A stretch of DNA of 64,000 bases, taken from positions 214,883,847 to 214,947,846 of the forward strand of contig NC_058135.1 in the NCBI RefSeq assembly GCF_016433145.1, given 5' to 3'. The notes under the pieces were generated by a model that made no database searches, was not told where the DNA came from, and saw only the letters and a list, made by a program, of their open reading frames with translations. Source of the DNA: Gracilinanus agilis. Its lineage: Eukaryota. The translations under genes were made by a program, and so were the position numbers. Position 1 is the stretch's first letter; the number at the start of each line of letters is the position of its first letter. This document shows, piece after piece, positions 23,285 to 37,203 of this stretch.

Positions 23285-23625
23285 ACCAAACAACATTTTT
23301 AGGCCATCTGCCATAAGGAAGGGAGATTGGATTTGTTATGCTTCTCTCTGGAGGACAGAACTGGGAGCAATGAGTGGAAATTATGCAAAGATAGATGCCT
23401 GCTTAACATAAAGGGACTGGGGACAACTGAACTCCCTGAAATGCCCATCAAGGCAATAGGTTTTCTCAAGAAACATTGTGTTCTCATTAATGGATATCTC
23501 CAATAATTTCAATGACCACCTCTGGAGGATGGAGGAGAGATGATTCATGCTTATGATAGAGACTCTATTTTCATTACTTCCGAGCTCCCTTATCACTTGA
23601 GACTCTGTCATTCCATGATTCCAAG
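23285..23625 (-). mobile_element. L3/CR1 3' fragment
   Basis: Reverse CR1 motifs (GGAGCAATGAGTGGAAATTATGCAAAGATAGAT...AATGACCACCTCTGGAGG). Confidence 0.55.
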
Positions 23626-25657
23626 GAACAGCACACCAGGGCAGTTGAAGCTTGGTAAAATAGATGAGTCAGATTTCTAGACAAAAAGAGACTCAGCCAG
23701 AAATGAAGCAATAATCATGAAAAGCCAGCCCCAACTTGATGTAGAGCAGGAAACAGGGTTGGAGTGGTTCTTTATAGGATGTGAAAGACTTGGAAGGAAG
23801 ACCTTTCAGGTGAGAGAAGGGAGGCTTCTTCTTTTGGAAATTTATAAATTCTGAAATCAGTCTTTTTTCCTCTAAGACTTCACAAAGAGGAGTCTTCCAG
23901 CTTCAAAATTACAGACTACAAAACATCTTGCAGACTTCTATATTCCCTTCAAGAAGCTGCTAGTGTTATCTTTATTCTCAGAATCCTAGGAACAGTTTCT
24001 AGACACAACCTGGGCTGACCTTCTCTTGACTTGAGCATCTGTTGCTCTTGTACTGTCCATTTCTCACTGACCTTTATGAAACAGGGACAAAAGAAGTGAA
24101 TTAGAGGGCTACAGAATTATCTTCATACTTCTTCATGTCTCTGTCCAGTGGCAAGATGTTAACATCACAGCTGCATGATTATACTTTTTTTAGGCTATCA
24201 GTCACAAGAATATTTGTCTTTATGAAACCTGCTCAGGAGGGACTTGTACAGGAAGAGATGACTCTTGTTTAAAAAATTACATGGTGTTATGGAGCACTAA
24301 TATCATTTTATGAAGCTGAGAGTCCTTGGCTAGTTGAGTTATTGATGCTGAATGCACTTTAAAAATGTAGTAACTATAAATGAATAGCTGATAAGCACCA
24401 GACCTTATGAAGTACTTAGAATCTGTGCCTTCAACCAGTTGGTGACTAAGCAACTTAAGGAGATCAACTGGCCCAAACTCCTCATTTTACATAAGGGAAA
24501 ACAGGTTCAATTAAGGGAAATGGTTTACCCAAGATCACATAGGTAGCTAGTAACAAAACTAAAATTAAGCCTAAGATTTATAACTGAGTCCCTATCCAAA
24601 TGCTATATTGTCAGAGCTGGAAGATACATTAGCACCTAGAACATAAAATTTCAGAGCTGGAAAGAAACCTAGAACTTAGAACTCAAGGAAACCATCTATT
24701 GCAACTGTCACTTTTTTACATATAAGAAACTTTCTACAAATATGAAATTTTACAAATTTGAAATGAATTTTACAAATTTTACATATAAATATGAAATGAA
24801 ATAGGCACACAAAAGGCATTTTATTTCATTTTAGTCAAGTTCACTTTTTTTCTATGAATGAGATCATTTGCTGAGACAAAAGGAAAAATTAGACATTTAA
24901 TGTCCTCACATTACCTTCTATTGAGGTGATATGGACATAAGCATACCTATTCCACTGGTGAAGAGCCAGGATGAGGGAGAATTGTCACCAATCCATTCTT
25001 GAATTCATTAATTTATTCAACAACTATTAACTCTTTACTTACTATGACTTAGAGAGGCATTAAGGCATAGTGAGTAGAGATCTGACCTCAAAGCAAGGAA
25101 TAGTTGGGATTAAGCATCACATCTGGAACTTTCTAGCTCTATGACCTTGTACAAATCACTGAAACACTGAGGGCTTCCGGCAATGTTCCAAGATTATGAG
25201 ATGGGGAGAAGGTGTCAGTGTTAAGTGGTAGAGAGTTTCTTCATTTAGGTATTCTCCATACCAGTCATCAACTCCTGCTATCCTCTGACCTCTATTATAT
25301 ATCATATTTGAGGGGTGCATAGGAAGAGATGATAAACAGATAATTACATATGTTTTCTGTCCTCATGGAACTTACAATATAAATTCCATGGGGTACTTTC
25401 TTCCTCTTGGTTCTGTCCAGGATGCCATGATTTGATCATTTGTCCTCCATGGTTTGGAATATAGTTTTTTGAGAGGTTATCAATTTGACCTGTTATTAGC
25501 CAAGGAATAAAAGCTTGATGTTGTGCAGCATATATTCAAAAGGCCAATAATCAATGTCAATTCTCAGGAGAAGAAAAAGAGTGGAGATGAGATCTGTGCT
25601 TGCCCACCATGAGAATGTAGTCAACAGCAGAGTTAGCAGCTTACTTTTGAATAAGCT

Positions 25658-25975
25658 GCACACACATACACATAAACACATACATATTTAATAAGTTATA
25701 TATATTTGTAGATACCTGTATAATTACATATACAAATATATACATATGTAGTATATTTATGCATACACACATATATAGATGCACGTGCTTATCAGACACT
25801 CTACCTACATATGGGTAAATATATACATATGTATACTTTGTTTATAAATACAGAGTTTAAATTCCAGAAAAGAGTTTGTACAATTTAATGTGCTTGAGAA
25901 ATAAAATATGATTTCAATTATATATATATGTATATATAGGTATAAGTATAGATAGAGAGATAGATATAGATATAT
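25658..25975. repeat. Compound (CA)/(TA)-rich low-complexity region
   Basis: Direct reading. Confidence 0.8.
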
Positions 25976-27167
25976 GTCTGAAGTCAGATTTCAATCCAGG
26001 ACCTTCCATTTCTGTCTCTATCCATTGAGCCACATAACTACCCTCTTTACAGTATCTTTAAGGTAGAAAGTATGAGGTAGTTCTAGCCCTTGGGCTTCCA
26101 CATAAACTATGGCTTTCATCAGTTTTTGTATATCATTATCACATTCTGAATGCAAAACAGTTGGGTCTACTTGGAACTGAATATGGGGGAAAGTTTATGA
26201 TCCTTAATAACTAATGTAGAGCAGAGTAGAAAAAAACAAGGTTATATGATGTTAGCAGCTGTGACACACATCATCGATTGACCTAAGTTCATGAGCCCCT
26301 ATCCAATAGTTTTTTTTTTACCAAAATAAAAGCATGGGCATTTATTAAACCATAGTAGCAAGGTAAATAATGAGGAAATCCCTTGCCCCCTATAGCTCTT
26401 TAGAACATACTTTCCCAAGTCATTGATGACAGAAGTCACATTGATAGGCAGGACAACTTTTCCTTCTAGGACTGCATTGTGGCTATCTTTGAAGCTACTC
26501 CCATTTGATGCTGCATTACACCACTGCTGATACTGTCTTCTTGGTTGCTTTCTCCACTGGACTACCATCTGTTGGATCCCCTCTGAACTGATTCTGCTAT
26601 GTGCTGATTTTCCACTTCCACTTATGAAAATTCCACTGAATTTTTACTGAAAGCTGTGTTTGTTGTTAAGTTGCTGATACTTTATGTCTTATTCTCTATA
26701 GAAAAGTAGTGGCATCTCCTTTGGGGAAAAAATGCCCTCAGGCTATTTGAACCCTTTTTTAAGTCAAATTGGCAGATGTACCTAGCCAGCCCATGAGAGT
26801 TCTTCTAAAATAATCTGTCTTTAGAATTCTCTAACTAACTTTCAGTGGCAATACCTTCAGACCAGACTAAAACTTTGATTGGGGACAAATACATTTCTTT
26901 CAATTTCCATTATTTCACTGGCTACTGACCTAGTTCAAATTGATTTTCTTAAATATTCATTTAGGAATACTCAAGGCTGGTGAGTAAATCTCCTGAACTT
27001 TCCCCTGCATTCCTGAAGCACTATCTTAATCCCTTTCCTATGTGTAGGAAGTGCTGTATAGGATTAGTCAATTCAGAATCCTGACCTTGAAATTTTCCTT
27101 TGTCTCTTTCCTCTCCTTCACTTCCTACATACAATTATTATCAAGTCTTTATCACATACTTTAGAAC

Positions 27168-27420
27168 AGGGATACTGAATTTTTTTGGTGTTTCATGGAC
27201 TCCTTTGGTTATCTGGTGAAGCTTATTGTCCTCTTCTCAAAGTAATGTTTTAAATGCATAAATAAAACACATAGGATTTGAAAAGGAAACTAATTTATTG
27301 AAATGTAGTTATTGAAACATATATGTGTATATTTGTATACACAACCATGTATATGTATGTTTATACATATATATGCATATGTTTAAAACAAAATAAGTTT
27401 ATGGACTTCAGCTTAGCCTC
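27168..27420 (-). mobile_element. Old hAT/Charlie-type MITE
   Basis: Reverse-orientation copy of the 48155/62140 family (CATGGACTCCTTTGG...TTTTAAATGCATAAATAAAACACATAGGATT). Confidence 0.65.
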
Positions 27421-29458
27421 TTCTCTGGTATATCTTCATCCATTCTCTATTTCTACATGGCCATCACTCTAGTTCAGGTCTCTTTGTATCTTTCCTGAAT
27501 TATAAATTACACAGTGCTTTGTAAAATGTAAGGTGATATAGAGATAGGAGCTATTATTGTCATTCTTTTTTTTTTCTTGCTCCTGCCACAAACTCCTGTT
27601 TGCTTCCCCATTGAGTATTTCTCAGTAAACACTTTGAGGAGTTGGGTTTCTAGAAAGACATTTCCCAAGACTATCATCTGTCATGCTTTTTCAGTTTGGA
27701 AATACTATAGGAGGGGTGGGGGATGACTGTTTGTTTCCAATGTCTCTGATTTTTTTTTAAATAAATGAAGAGACCAAGACTACTTTTGGCAAATTCAGAA
27801 CCCAGAAAACTGTCTACTCAGTTTTCCTTTGAAAATGGATCTCAGTTTTTCTCCAATGAATCCACTCATAATGAGACAGTGAAAGGCCAATAAAACATGG
27901 CTTATTATACTGCATAGTTGTAAATGTCCCAAGCCTAATTGTATTCTCCAGGACACAGGGAATTACCATGGAGGAAGGAAAAATAGATATTTAGATGATT
28001 TAAACAATTTGATTTATTTTATTTGATTCAATATTTATTATATACTCTACTCAGAAATGGGATAAAAAAAAACCACAGACCCTGCCCTTAAAGAGGGAAG
28101 AATGTACAAAATAAATGTATGATAGATTAATAAGGGAAATAAAAGATTACATATTTCAACCAGTCAGAATAATCTCTATCCTCTCCTCTTTTCTAACCTG
28201 TTTCATTTAGTGTACTTTTGCTGCAAAATGTAAGCTGCTTTAGGTCAGTAATTATTTTATATCTCCAGAATTTCCCAGAGAACCTGGGATATATTAAACA
28301 CGAAATAATGCTTTTTCTATTCAATTGCATTGAACTGCTAGCACCATCTCTCAGGCTTAGAATTAACTTCTCTCCATCTCTGTTCTAGTTCTCTCTTCTT
28401 TCAAGATCCACCTTAGGCTCTACTTCTTAGGAAACTTCTTTGGCAACATAGGTCATACAGCTAGTCTGTCCCAAAGGTAACACTTGGATCATAGTCTTCC
28501 TGGCTCTCTATCAATTACATCATGTTTTCTTTTTCCTCTGACTAAAAAAACTAATAACAAAAAAGCACATAAAAGAAATAAATAAAAAATTATCATGGAG
28601 ATTAGGATTATAATCCTGATAAAAAAAAAGTAAGGAAAATAATCTCCATTGAAATCCATGCTCCAACACTATTTGAAGAATGACTTCTGTGTATTTATTT
28701 CCAGAGAAAGAATTGAAATAGAAATAAGTAAGATATAATATATATGTATATATATTTATACAAATAAATAAATATAACTTTTTGTCAAATTATAGCTTCT
28801 ATAATGGGGAGAGGAAAGAGAGTCAACTGGATATTTTAATGTAACAAAGAAATTAATTTAAGATAACAGCAAAAAAAAATCATGATCTGGTATGTGGCAA
28901 GCATGGTAAAATCTCTGGTAGCTAGACTGAAAGTTGGGAAGAACCATACATGTATTGTTTAGTCTCTACCTCATCTCCTACTTTCCCTGATCCTCTGTCT
29001 CTTTTCCTCTGTCCCTTTCTTCTCCTTTTCATGTTTTTGGCAGTTAGGAATCAGACAACATGGTTACTTCCCTACTTTTCTACATTGGATGCTTCCATGA
29101 AGGCTCCAAGAAGACAACTTACTACCGATGCAACTGGACAAACTACTTAATATCTCTGGGCTCAGTGTCCTTAATTATCAAATGAAGGGACAAGACTGCC
29201 TTTGTGATCCCTTTTACTTTTAGATCTGTGGTCTAGTGAAACTTTGACTCTTGCACAAGGAAAGCCCTTCACTTCCCTGTGACACACTAAGCAAGCACAA
29301 TGCCTCATAGAAACTGAAATCTTGACTTATAAAGAAGGAAGGTTACCTCTTGTGACCCAGGTCTTCATAGAAAGGAGAAGACTCTCTACCATTTTTTACT
29401 GCTATGAAACTAGATTGAACTGAAGTTAATCCAAGCTGTTACCCTTCTTGTATTATAG

Positions 29459-29647
29459 CAGTGGTTCCCAAACTTTTTTGGCCTACTGCCCCCTTTCCAG
29501 AAAAAATATTACTTAGCCCCCTGAAAATTAATTTAAAAAATTTAATAGCAATTAATAGAAAAGATAAATGCACCTGAGGCCATTATCACCTCCTGGATCA
29601 CTGCAGCACCCACCAGGGGGCAGTAGCGCCCACTTTGGTAATCACTG
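29459..29647 (+). mobile_element. Non-autonomous hAT/Charlie MITE, subfamily B
   Basis: TIRs CAGTGGTTCCCAAA ... TTTGGTAATCACTG. Imperfect TSD TATTATAG/GATTACAG. The AT-rich internal segment differs from subfamily A. Confidence 0.9.
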
Positions 29648-32216
29648 GATTACAGTGTTAAATAAATTGGAAACCTCAAAGGCTTATGAGGGTCAGAGGA
29701 GACAATATATGCCAAGATGCATTGATGAGTATAATTGTTGCTCAGATGGTTTACTAGGAAAGTGTCTTTTCCCAAATTACAAATGTTGAGTATTAGAACC
29801 CTTTTCTCAAGGGACAGGACAGGAGTCTGAAAGATATGAAAGTTCAGATAGCCAGTGAATGTGTGCGTGTGTTGTTGTGACTAATGCAGCATTACACTGA
29901 ATTGAACTTTACAGTTTCACCACCAATTGTGCCTCAGTCTTCATGAATGTTATTTGTGGTCTTAATTGTTACTTATTACAAGTTCAGGAGTAGAACCAGC
30001 ACCTGTACATTAGCCCCCACAGGCAATAAAATGAAGGAGGATAAGGGAAAAGCCTGTGTTCATCAGTATCTCCCTATCTTCCTTCCCTGAAGTCTTTTCA
30101 ACACTCACATGGAATATCTTCAGTGGATTGTCTTGGGCCTTGAATTAGAAAGACCTGAGTTCAAATTTGCTTCTTATTTGCTGCATATCCATGAACAAGT
30201 TAATTTATGTAGGCCTCAGTTTGTTTCTTTGTTTAATATGATAAATAATGCTAGAGCTATTTTAATCAAAGATAGTCATAAGACTAGATTTGCAATATGG
30301 TTTTGCTTTGAAATTTTTAATTGCTATATTCATGCCAGTTATTATTCTTCCTTCATAACGAGGACAAAATATTTTCTCCTTGCTAGTTGCAGCAATGTAT
30401 TTCCAATTTATCCATTATATGCCATAAGTAAAGTTTAATTTCCACCTTCTAAATCAATCAGTTCATTTTCATTGATTGCCTTCCATCTTGGATCCCTTAA
30501 TTACCTGATCAAAGGTGGAGGTCCAATCAACACTATCCTTGCAATTCTACTGTAACAAGAACCAAGAGAACTCTATGCTCTATATGGCATTATCCTTATA
30601 CTACTGAGTCCATTGGCCTGGTGGTCTTCCAATCACCTGACAGTCAATCTGTCTCCAATTGACAATGATTTAGTTTCAGCATGGTAAAAACTTTTGGATG
30701 CTCAGGGATACAGCTGCAAGAGTCTTCAAACAACTTCACAAGTTTAACCACACAGAAGTTGACTGAGCCTGGAAGCTTTCAGGCTTATAGTACTTGAAAT
30801 ATCACCAGAGACCTCTCTTCTTTTGCCACTTCTTTCTTGGTCATTGTTCCTTCTCATTATTGCAGGGCATTTCTTCTGTGCATCAATAACACAAAGGATG
30901 TTCTTTAGGATTTGTAGATTGATATGTTTTATCTGTATTACATTTGATAATAGAACCCAAACATCATGCATGAATACTTGACTTGTACAGGCTGGGAACC
31001 TGGGCCCTAGTCTAATTAAGACAAATAGCATTATCCTTGCTTCTAGTATGACAGTGACTCATGTTGAGAAATTTGTCTGTTTCTTTGTGTATTTATTTGT
31101 GGCACTTGAGATTTAGGGGAGGGTCAAGAGCTAATCGCATCACTGAGGGTGATGGTCATTCATGAGAACTTGGTGCCATGCTAGTTTTGTAAGATTCAGT
31201 TCTGACAGCATGATTCTGAGACTCAGCCTATCTTTAAATGTAGGTGAGAATTACTACAAAAGAGACTCCATGTAAGGTATCTTTATTGTTTTAAGTTTGT
31301 CAAGTGTTTGGCTGTTAGTGTTTGTTTTTTCTTAGATGCAAGATTCAAGTTTGATCCTGTCCATTATCATCTGTTCAACACTATTTTTTCTTCACATAAG
31401 CCGATTTGAAAACAAAGCGGCAACGATGGAGTCCAGGGAGCAAAGAGCAGCTACTGTTTCCAAAGGATTTACTTTTATACCTTCTTGTTTTCCTTGAGTA
31501 GAGACTGAAGACTTTTAACTCATATTTATTTCTTTGTGCTTCTGAGAAAATGTGCCGCCAGCTCTATGTAAGAGCTGAGATGCTATTGCTCCTGCCCACT
31601 TACTATTCTTACTTTACGCCACATTTATAAAGATTCACTCCTTTTGTGTGTGCCTTCAGAGAATACAAGCTGCTCTCAATTTGTATTCTCTCTCATTCTG
31701 ATTCATGGAGGAATGAGTACAGTGGAGAGAGATAAGCAGGTTGAGATGAGGCTGATGGTGGGAAATTACTGTTACAAAACCCAGCAGGTAAAGAGACAAA
31801 TGAGAGAGGGACTTAGGAGAAGGATGAGAAGTAGGGGGAGGAGACAAACTCTCAAAGGAGCAGAAAGATGTTTTCATACAGAGCCCATTATGCCCCTTTA
31901 AACATCATTTATCTCTTTTTTTCTGAACCTTTCTGAAAGACTTTTCTGATAATATGATGTTCTTAAAAGCACTGTCTTTGAAACACACTTATTCTCCTGG
32001 TGAGAGGCAGCATAGCAGAGTGAATAGAGAGCAGGTTGGAAGGCAGGAGGACCTGAATTCCAGTCTTACCTCTGAAACAAAATGAATATGAAACCAGGGG
32101 CAGTTCATTTACATTTTCAATGCCTCAGGCAAATAAATTGCTAAATTAAAAATTGCAAAAAAGTATCAATATTCCAAAGTGGAGGGGACTTCTTCCATAG
32201 GAGATCTCTAGATCAG

Positions 32217-32410
32217 TGGTGTCAAACTCATTTAGAATTTACAGCCATAAAACCTTCTTAAGGATCCCTTTGAATCACATATGAATTTAGAAAACCACAT
32301 ATTGACATTATCTAAGTTACGTTATATGTTTAATTTGTTAAATATTTTCCAAATACTTTTTAATCTGGTCCAAATGTGCAGGATTTGAGAGCTTCCTATT
32401 TGAGAGTACC
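32217..32410 (+). mobile_element. Degenerate hAT-type MITE
   Basis: TCTAGAT followed by CAGTGGTGTCAAACTC, a hAT-like terminus. The right end is decayed. Confidence 0.45.
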
Positions 32411-33485
32411 AGTACCAATGAAGTCAGAGATAAGGTAAAAAAAAATCTTGACAGTATATGTTTGTAAACCTTGGAATAGTACAACATTTTAGATATAAAT
32501 AATGAGAAACATAAAAGGCAATGAAGTGGGTTAAGTGCTCCTTTGCATAATTTATTCGCCACAAGGGCCTCTGAATGAAAAGTGATATAAAAGACAACAT
32601 TCAGGAAATGTGTGTGTGCAGAAGAACATGGAAGGGTTATATAGCTAAAGTGAAGAATAGCAGATCAATACCTTGAATTCGATGTTGGTCCTTACAGAGT
32701 ATTTAAAGATATTTTTAAAAAAAGACTGTAGCTGAGTGGTCATTTGTGGAAAGGATAGACCATAAGCTAAAAGGATAAGATGGTTTGAGTAGATTACAAT
32801 TTTCACCAGAGGAAAGACTACTCACTTTGTGAAGATGTGGGTTCCATTGGAATGTGGGTTATTCATGTTTGAGGCTTACACATCTACTGTCTTGGATCTT
32901 CATGAGATCAGGGAGCTTGTTTTATCCTAACTTATTTCCCCCAGAACTGAGTACAGTATTTTACCTATAGTAGGAGCTTACCAAATGTCTTTTGCATTTG
33001 TTTTTGAATAGTTTGCTATTGGTGTCTCCCCCAACCCCTTATTGTGATTGTTTTTTATTCCATTCATGTTTATCAATGGGCAAAGGCTATGTGAGGGACA
33101 GTCCTTTGCTTTTAGTTCCTTCATTCCCTTGTCTATAGACATGGAGAAAGAGCTACACCTCTTTTTTTTCCATTGACCACAAATGAGTCCTTTTTTTGAG
33201 GAATTACAGAATATTAGAGCTAGAAGGAAACCAAGGAGAAGTTGAAATAATAGAGCAAAGAAACCTTTTATAATACAGAGCATAGAATGCCAGGACCAGA
33301 AAGAATGAAGACATAGGAAGTTAACATTATGATTGATTAAGTCTAACTTTTGCTCCATTTTACAGTTTAAGAAACTTAGGCTAAATGATGATATGTGATG
33401 ATGAGCCCATGGTCCTACAGATTGTGCTTGCTAAAGCTGAGACTTGATTTAGAACCCAGTCTAGTAGATATTCAGAACCTAGTAT

Positions 33486-34093
33486 TTTTTTTAATTCAGA
33501 ATATTTTTCCATGGTTACATGATTCATGACCCCACACACACACACTCTCTCCTCCCCCCTCCCAAACCCTACAAGCAGTTCCACTGGGTTATACATGTAT
33601 CATTGTTCAAAGCCTATTTCCATGTTATTCATATTTGCAGTAGAGCAATGTTTTAACATCAGAACCCTAATCACATCCCTATCACACTACGTGGTCTATC
33701 ATATATTTTTCTAATACATTTCTGGTTTCACAGTTCTTTCTGTGGATGTAGATAGCGTTTTTTCTCCTCAGTTCCTCTGGATTGTCCTGGGTCATTGCAT
33801 TGCTGCTAGTAGAAAAGTCTATTATATTAAATTGTGCCATACTGTATCAGTCTCTGTGTACAATGTTCTTCTGGTTCTTCTCCTTTCACTCTGCATCAAT
33901 TCCTGGAGGTCTTTCCAGTTCACATGGAATTCCCCCAGTTCATTATTCCTTCCAGCACAATAGTATTCCATCACCGACAGATACCACAATTTATTCAACC
34001 ATTCCCCAATCTATGGACTACCCCTCATTTTCCAATTTTTTGCCACCACAAAGAGCACGGCTATAAATATTTTTGAACAAGTCTTTTTCCTTA
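33486..34093 (-). mobile_element. 5'-truncated L1 (L1_Mdo-type 3' end)
   Basis: Same 3' UTR as 46850-47547 and 59546-60240. Decayed possible TSD CAGAACCTAGTATTTT / CAGAATTTAGTCTTTT. Confidence 0.9.
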
Positions 34094-34153
34094 CAGAATT
34101 TAGTCTTTTCTAACATTCAATTATCTTATCTGAAGTTTCCTTAGAGCCCTAGT

Positions 34154-34973
34154 TGTGGAATCTGTAAAAATGATAATAAATAATGGTAATGGATAATGGA
34201 GACACCAGGGATGTTAAAATAAATCTAAATGGTTGTGGGTTTACACACTGGGTTGTAGGAGAGACAGGACCAGGATGGAAGACCAGAGGTCAGCTATGCT
34301 GCTGTTAACTGACAAAAAGGCTGTTGATCAACTGTCACCCTGGGCCAGAGTCTAGAAACAAGCAGGCAAGGGGTTTAACAGCTTTAATTATGTTAACTAA
34401 AAGGTGGGATAGGGATTTCTACTCTAAAACCCTTAAAACCTAATGACAAAACCCACAGGGAAAGGGGAGGATTTTCCTACTCTAATCTAAAGATCTATGC
34501 AGGTAGGGCAGTAATGGAGTCTCTGAGTGACTGCCTCAGACCTGGACCTACCAGGCTTGAGCAGCACAGCTAAGGGCTGATGTGGCTTTGGGGTTCTCAC
34601 TGTAATCCACCGATGATCTCTGGATGCCAAGAGCCAGGTCTCAGGTACCAAGTTGAGAGGGTGTGCTTGAGACACTGTCCACCAGATCCCAAACTTCTCC
34701 TCTTCCCTTAGAACTGCACTGTAGATCTTGTCCTCTTTGCTAGATGCCATCACCACACAGGATCCCAGGGAAAATCAGGATGCAGGGTGTCCTTTACTCT
34801 GAGATCTCCCAGGGCTAACCACAGTTTGTGCTAACTCCTAATGGAGTCCCTCTCAGAGCACAAGTCACTTCTTCCTGCTCCTTCATTCCATCTTGGAATT
34901 CTCAGCTCCAGCTCCTTCCTGATAGGTACACCTTAATTCTTAATTACTAACTAATCTAATCTTCCTCACCACA
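34154..34973 (-). mobile_element. Solo LTR (~820 bp)
   Basis: TGTGG...CCACA inverted termini and ATTAAA on the minus strand (34388-34383). Only AGT is duplicated at the flanks and there is no adjacent PBS. A MIR-like SINE lies to the right. Confidence 0.75.
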
Positions 34974-35709
34974 AGTCAAGGACCTCAGTTGTGAACCGTG
35001 AAACTCAGTTTCTTTGTGAACTCAGAAACTTTCGAGTTGTGTGCCACTGGGTAAGTCACTTAACACTTATTTGCCTCAGTTTTCTCAACTATAAAATGGG
35101 GATCATAATAACACTTACCTCCTAGGATTGTTACGAGGATCAAGTGAGGCAATATTTGTAAACCATTTAGAAAAGTGTCTGACATGTAATAGGTGCTTAA
35201 TAAATTCATATTCCCTCCCTTTTGTTTTTATTTAAATGAACATTTTTGGTAAACCTGAATTCATTATACTAAAATTTTGTTCAACATTCTCTGAGTTATT
35301 AGCATTTATTAAACCTATTTTTTTTTAGGTACATGGGATACATCCAGGTGGCATAATGGATAGAATGTCAGAATTAGAGTCAGAAAGACTTAAGTTGAAA
35401 TCCTCTCTTAGACACTTGCTAACTGTGTGTTTGTGGACAAATTTTATGTATTGCCTCTTCCGTTGGAATTTTTGAGGACAAGAATCTTTTTTTTTTTCCC
35501 CCCTGGTATTATTATTCCCAGTGCTTGGCAGAGAAACTGACATAGTGTTCAATAAATTCTGCTACTTACCTTCTTATCTCACAGTGGCATCATGAGAATT
35601 AAATAGGATTATTTATGTAAGACATTTGCAAATCATAAAATGGTCTATGTATGTGCTAGCTACGTATAGTCTGTCCTTTTAAATACTCAAGTAGAATAGA
35701 AATGACTAG

Positions 35710-37060
35710 CAATCAGCTTTTTAAATATATAGTAAATTCTAAAAGAATGAACTCGAAGGGAAATTCCTTTCAAACTAACTAGAAATGCATTAAAAATCAG
35801 ATTCCAAAACCTTAATAATGAAGAAACAACGAGTGACTCAAATACCTGGAGAATTAGTTAGTGCGCAGGGCTGGTTGAACTGTATCACTATAATAAAAGT
35901 GATACTACTACCTAAACTGATTTATAGATTTAATGCTATACTATTCACAATGCTAGGGGATATTTTATAGAGCTAGACAAAATGATAATAAAATTCATTT
36001 GGAGGAACAAAAATATAGACTTTTGAGGGAATTTTTTAAATATAGGCTTTTGAAGGAAAGAAGAGCAGGGCTGCAGGGAGAAAAGCACTCATTGATCACA
36101 GATTATATTTTAAAGCAACAGTGGATAAAATAAGGAAGAATTAAAAACAATAGAATTCAGTAACCCAGTGTTCAATGAAGCTGATTCATGAGTAAATATT
36201 TAGGAAAGATGTCTTTATTTAATTAAGCACTTCTGGGAAAACAGAAAAAAAAAAGGTTGGCAGAAATTTGGTTCAAGACATCCTGTTACACCATATACCA
36301 AAGCTCATAATAGATATGTAACATGAATGTTAAAATTCATATAATACAAAAAAAGAAACAAACCCAGGCAGGAACTTTTACAGCTGTGGCTAAGGGGAAG
36401 ATGTTTAACAAAGCAAGGAATTATGGTAATTAGAAGAAATGAAATAAAGAATTTTGCTAATATAAAATTTAAATGTTTTTGCAGAAACAAATTTTTCATG
36501 AGAAGAATAAGAAGGGAGTGAAAATGTGATGGATTTGTGAATTGTTTCAATGATTTAAAAAATATTTTGAAATCATCTATAGCCAGTAATGAAATTGTCT
36601 ATATTCTTTCATCAAATGGTAATTATATGCCCAAAGAAGATCATTGATAAGTAGAAGGGTCCTATATACAAAAATGTATTTTCGTATCATATTTTGTAGT
36701 AGCATTGCATTGAATACAAAGCTAATGTTTATCAATTTGAAAAAAGGGTAAATTGTGGTACATGAATATGATGAAATATTACTATACTATATGAAATGAT
36801 AAATATGAATACAGCATAGTAAGGCAAGTCTTATATGAAGTGATAGCAAATGAGAGAAAAAACAACATCAGGAAAAGAATGTATATAACTACTAAAAGGT
36901 AAGTAAGAAAAGCAACAAAAAAATCAAAAGAGAAGCTGTGAAATTATAATGACCAAACTTGGTCCCAAAGTAGTTACATAGAATATGCTTTCCTTTTGAT
37001 CTCGTTTGTCTAGTTGAGCTGTTTTTTTTTCCTTTCTTCTTTCTAATTTTTTGCTATAGT
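35710..37060 (+). mobile_element. Highly decayed old L1 ORF2 and 3' fragments
   Basis: CTACCTAAACTGATTTATAGATTTAATGCTATAC...AAAATTCATTTGGAGGAACAAAA, typical of L1 ORF2. Confidence 0.7.
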
Positions 37061-37087
37061 GTTGGAACTATTGGGGGGTGGGGTGTG

Positions 37088-37203
37088 TGTAGCTAGATAT
37101 TTAGATAGATAGGTAGCTAGCTAGATAGATAGATAGTTAGATAGATAGATAGATGGATGGATGGATGGATAGATGGATGGATAGATAGCTAGATAGATAG
37201 ATT
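37088..37203. repeat. Compound (GATA)n/(GATG)n/(GCTA)n tetranucleotide repeat
   Basis: Direct reading. Confidence 0.95.

Noticed and set aside
31658-31691. 11-bp stem hairpin AGAGAATACAA...TTGTATTCTCT
   Set aside because: The stem is too short for a pre-miRNA and does not extend.
33421-33440. TTGTGCTTG resembling the start of miR-218
   Set aside because: The match ends after 9 nt, lies in a MIR-like repeat and has no hairpin.
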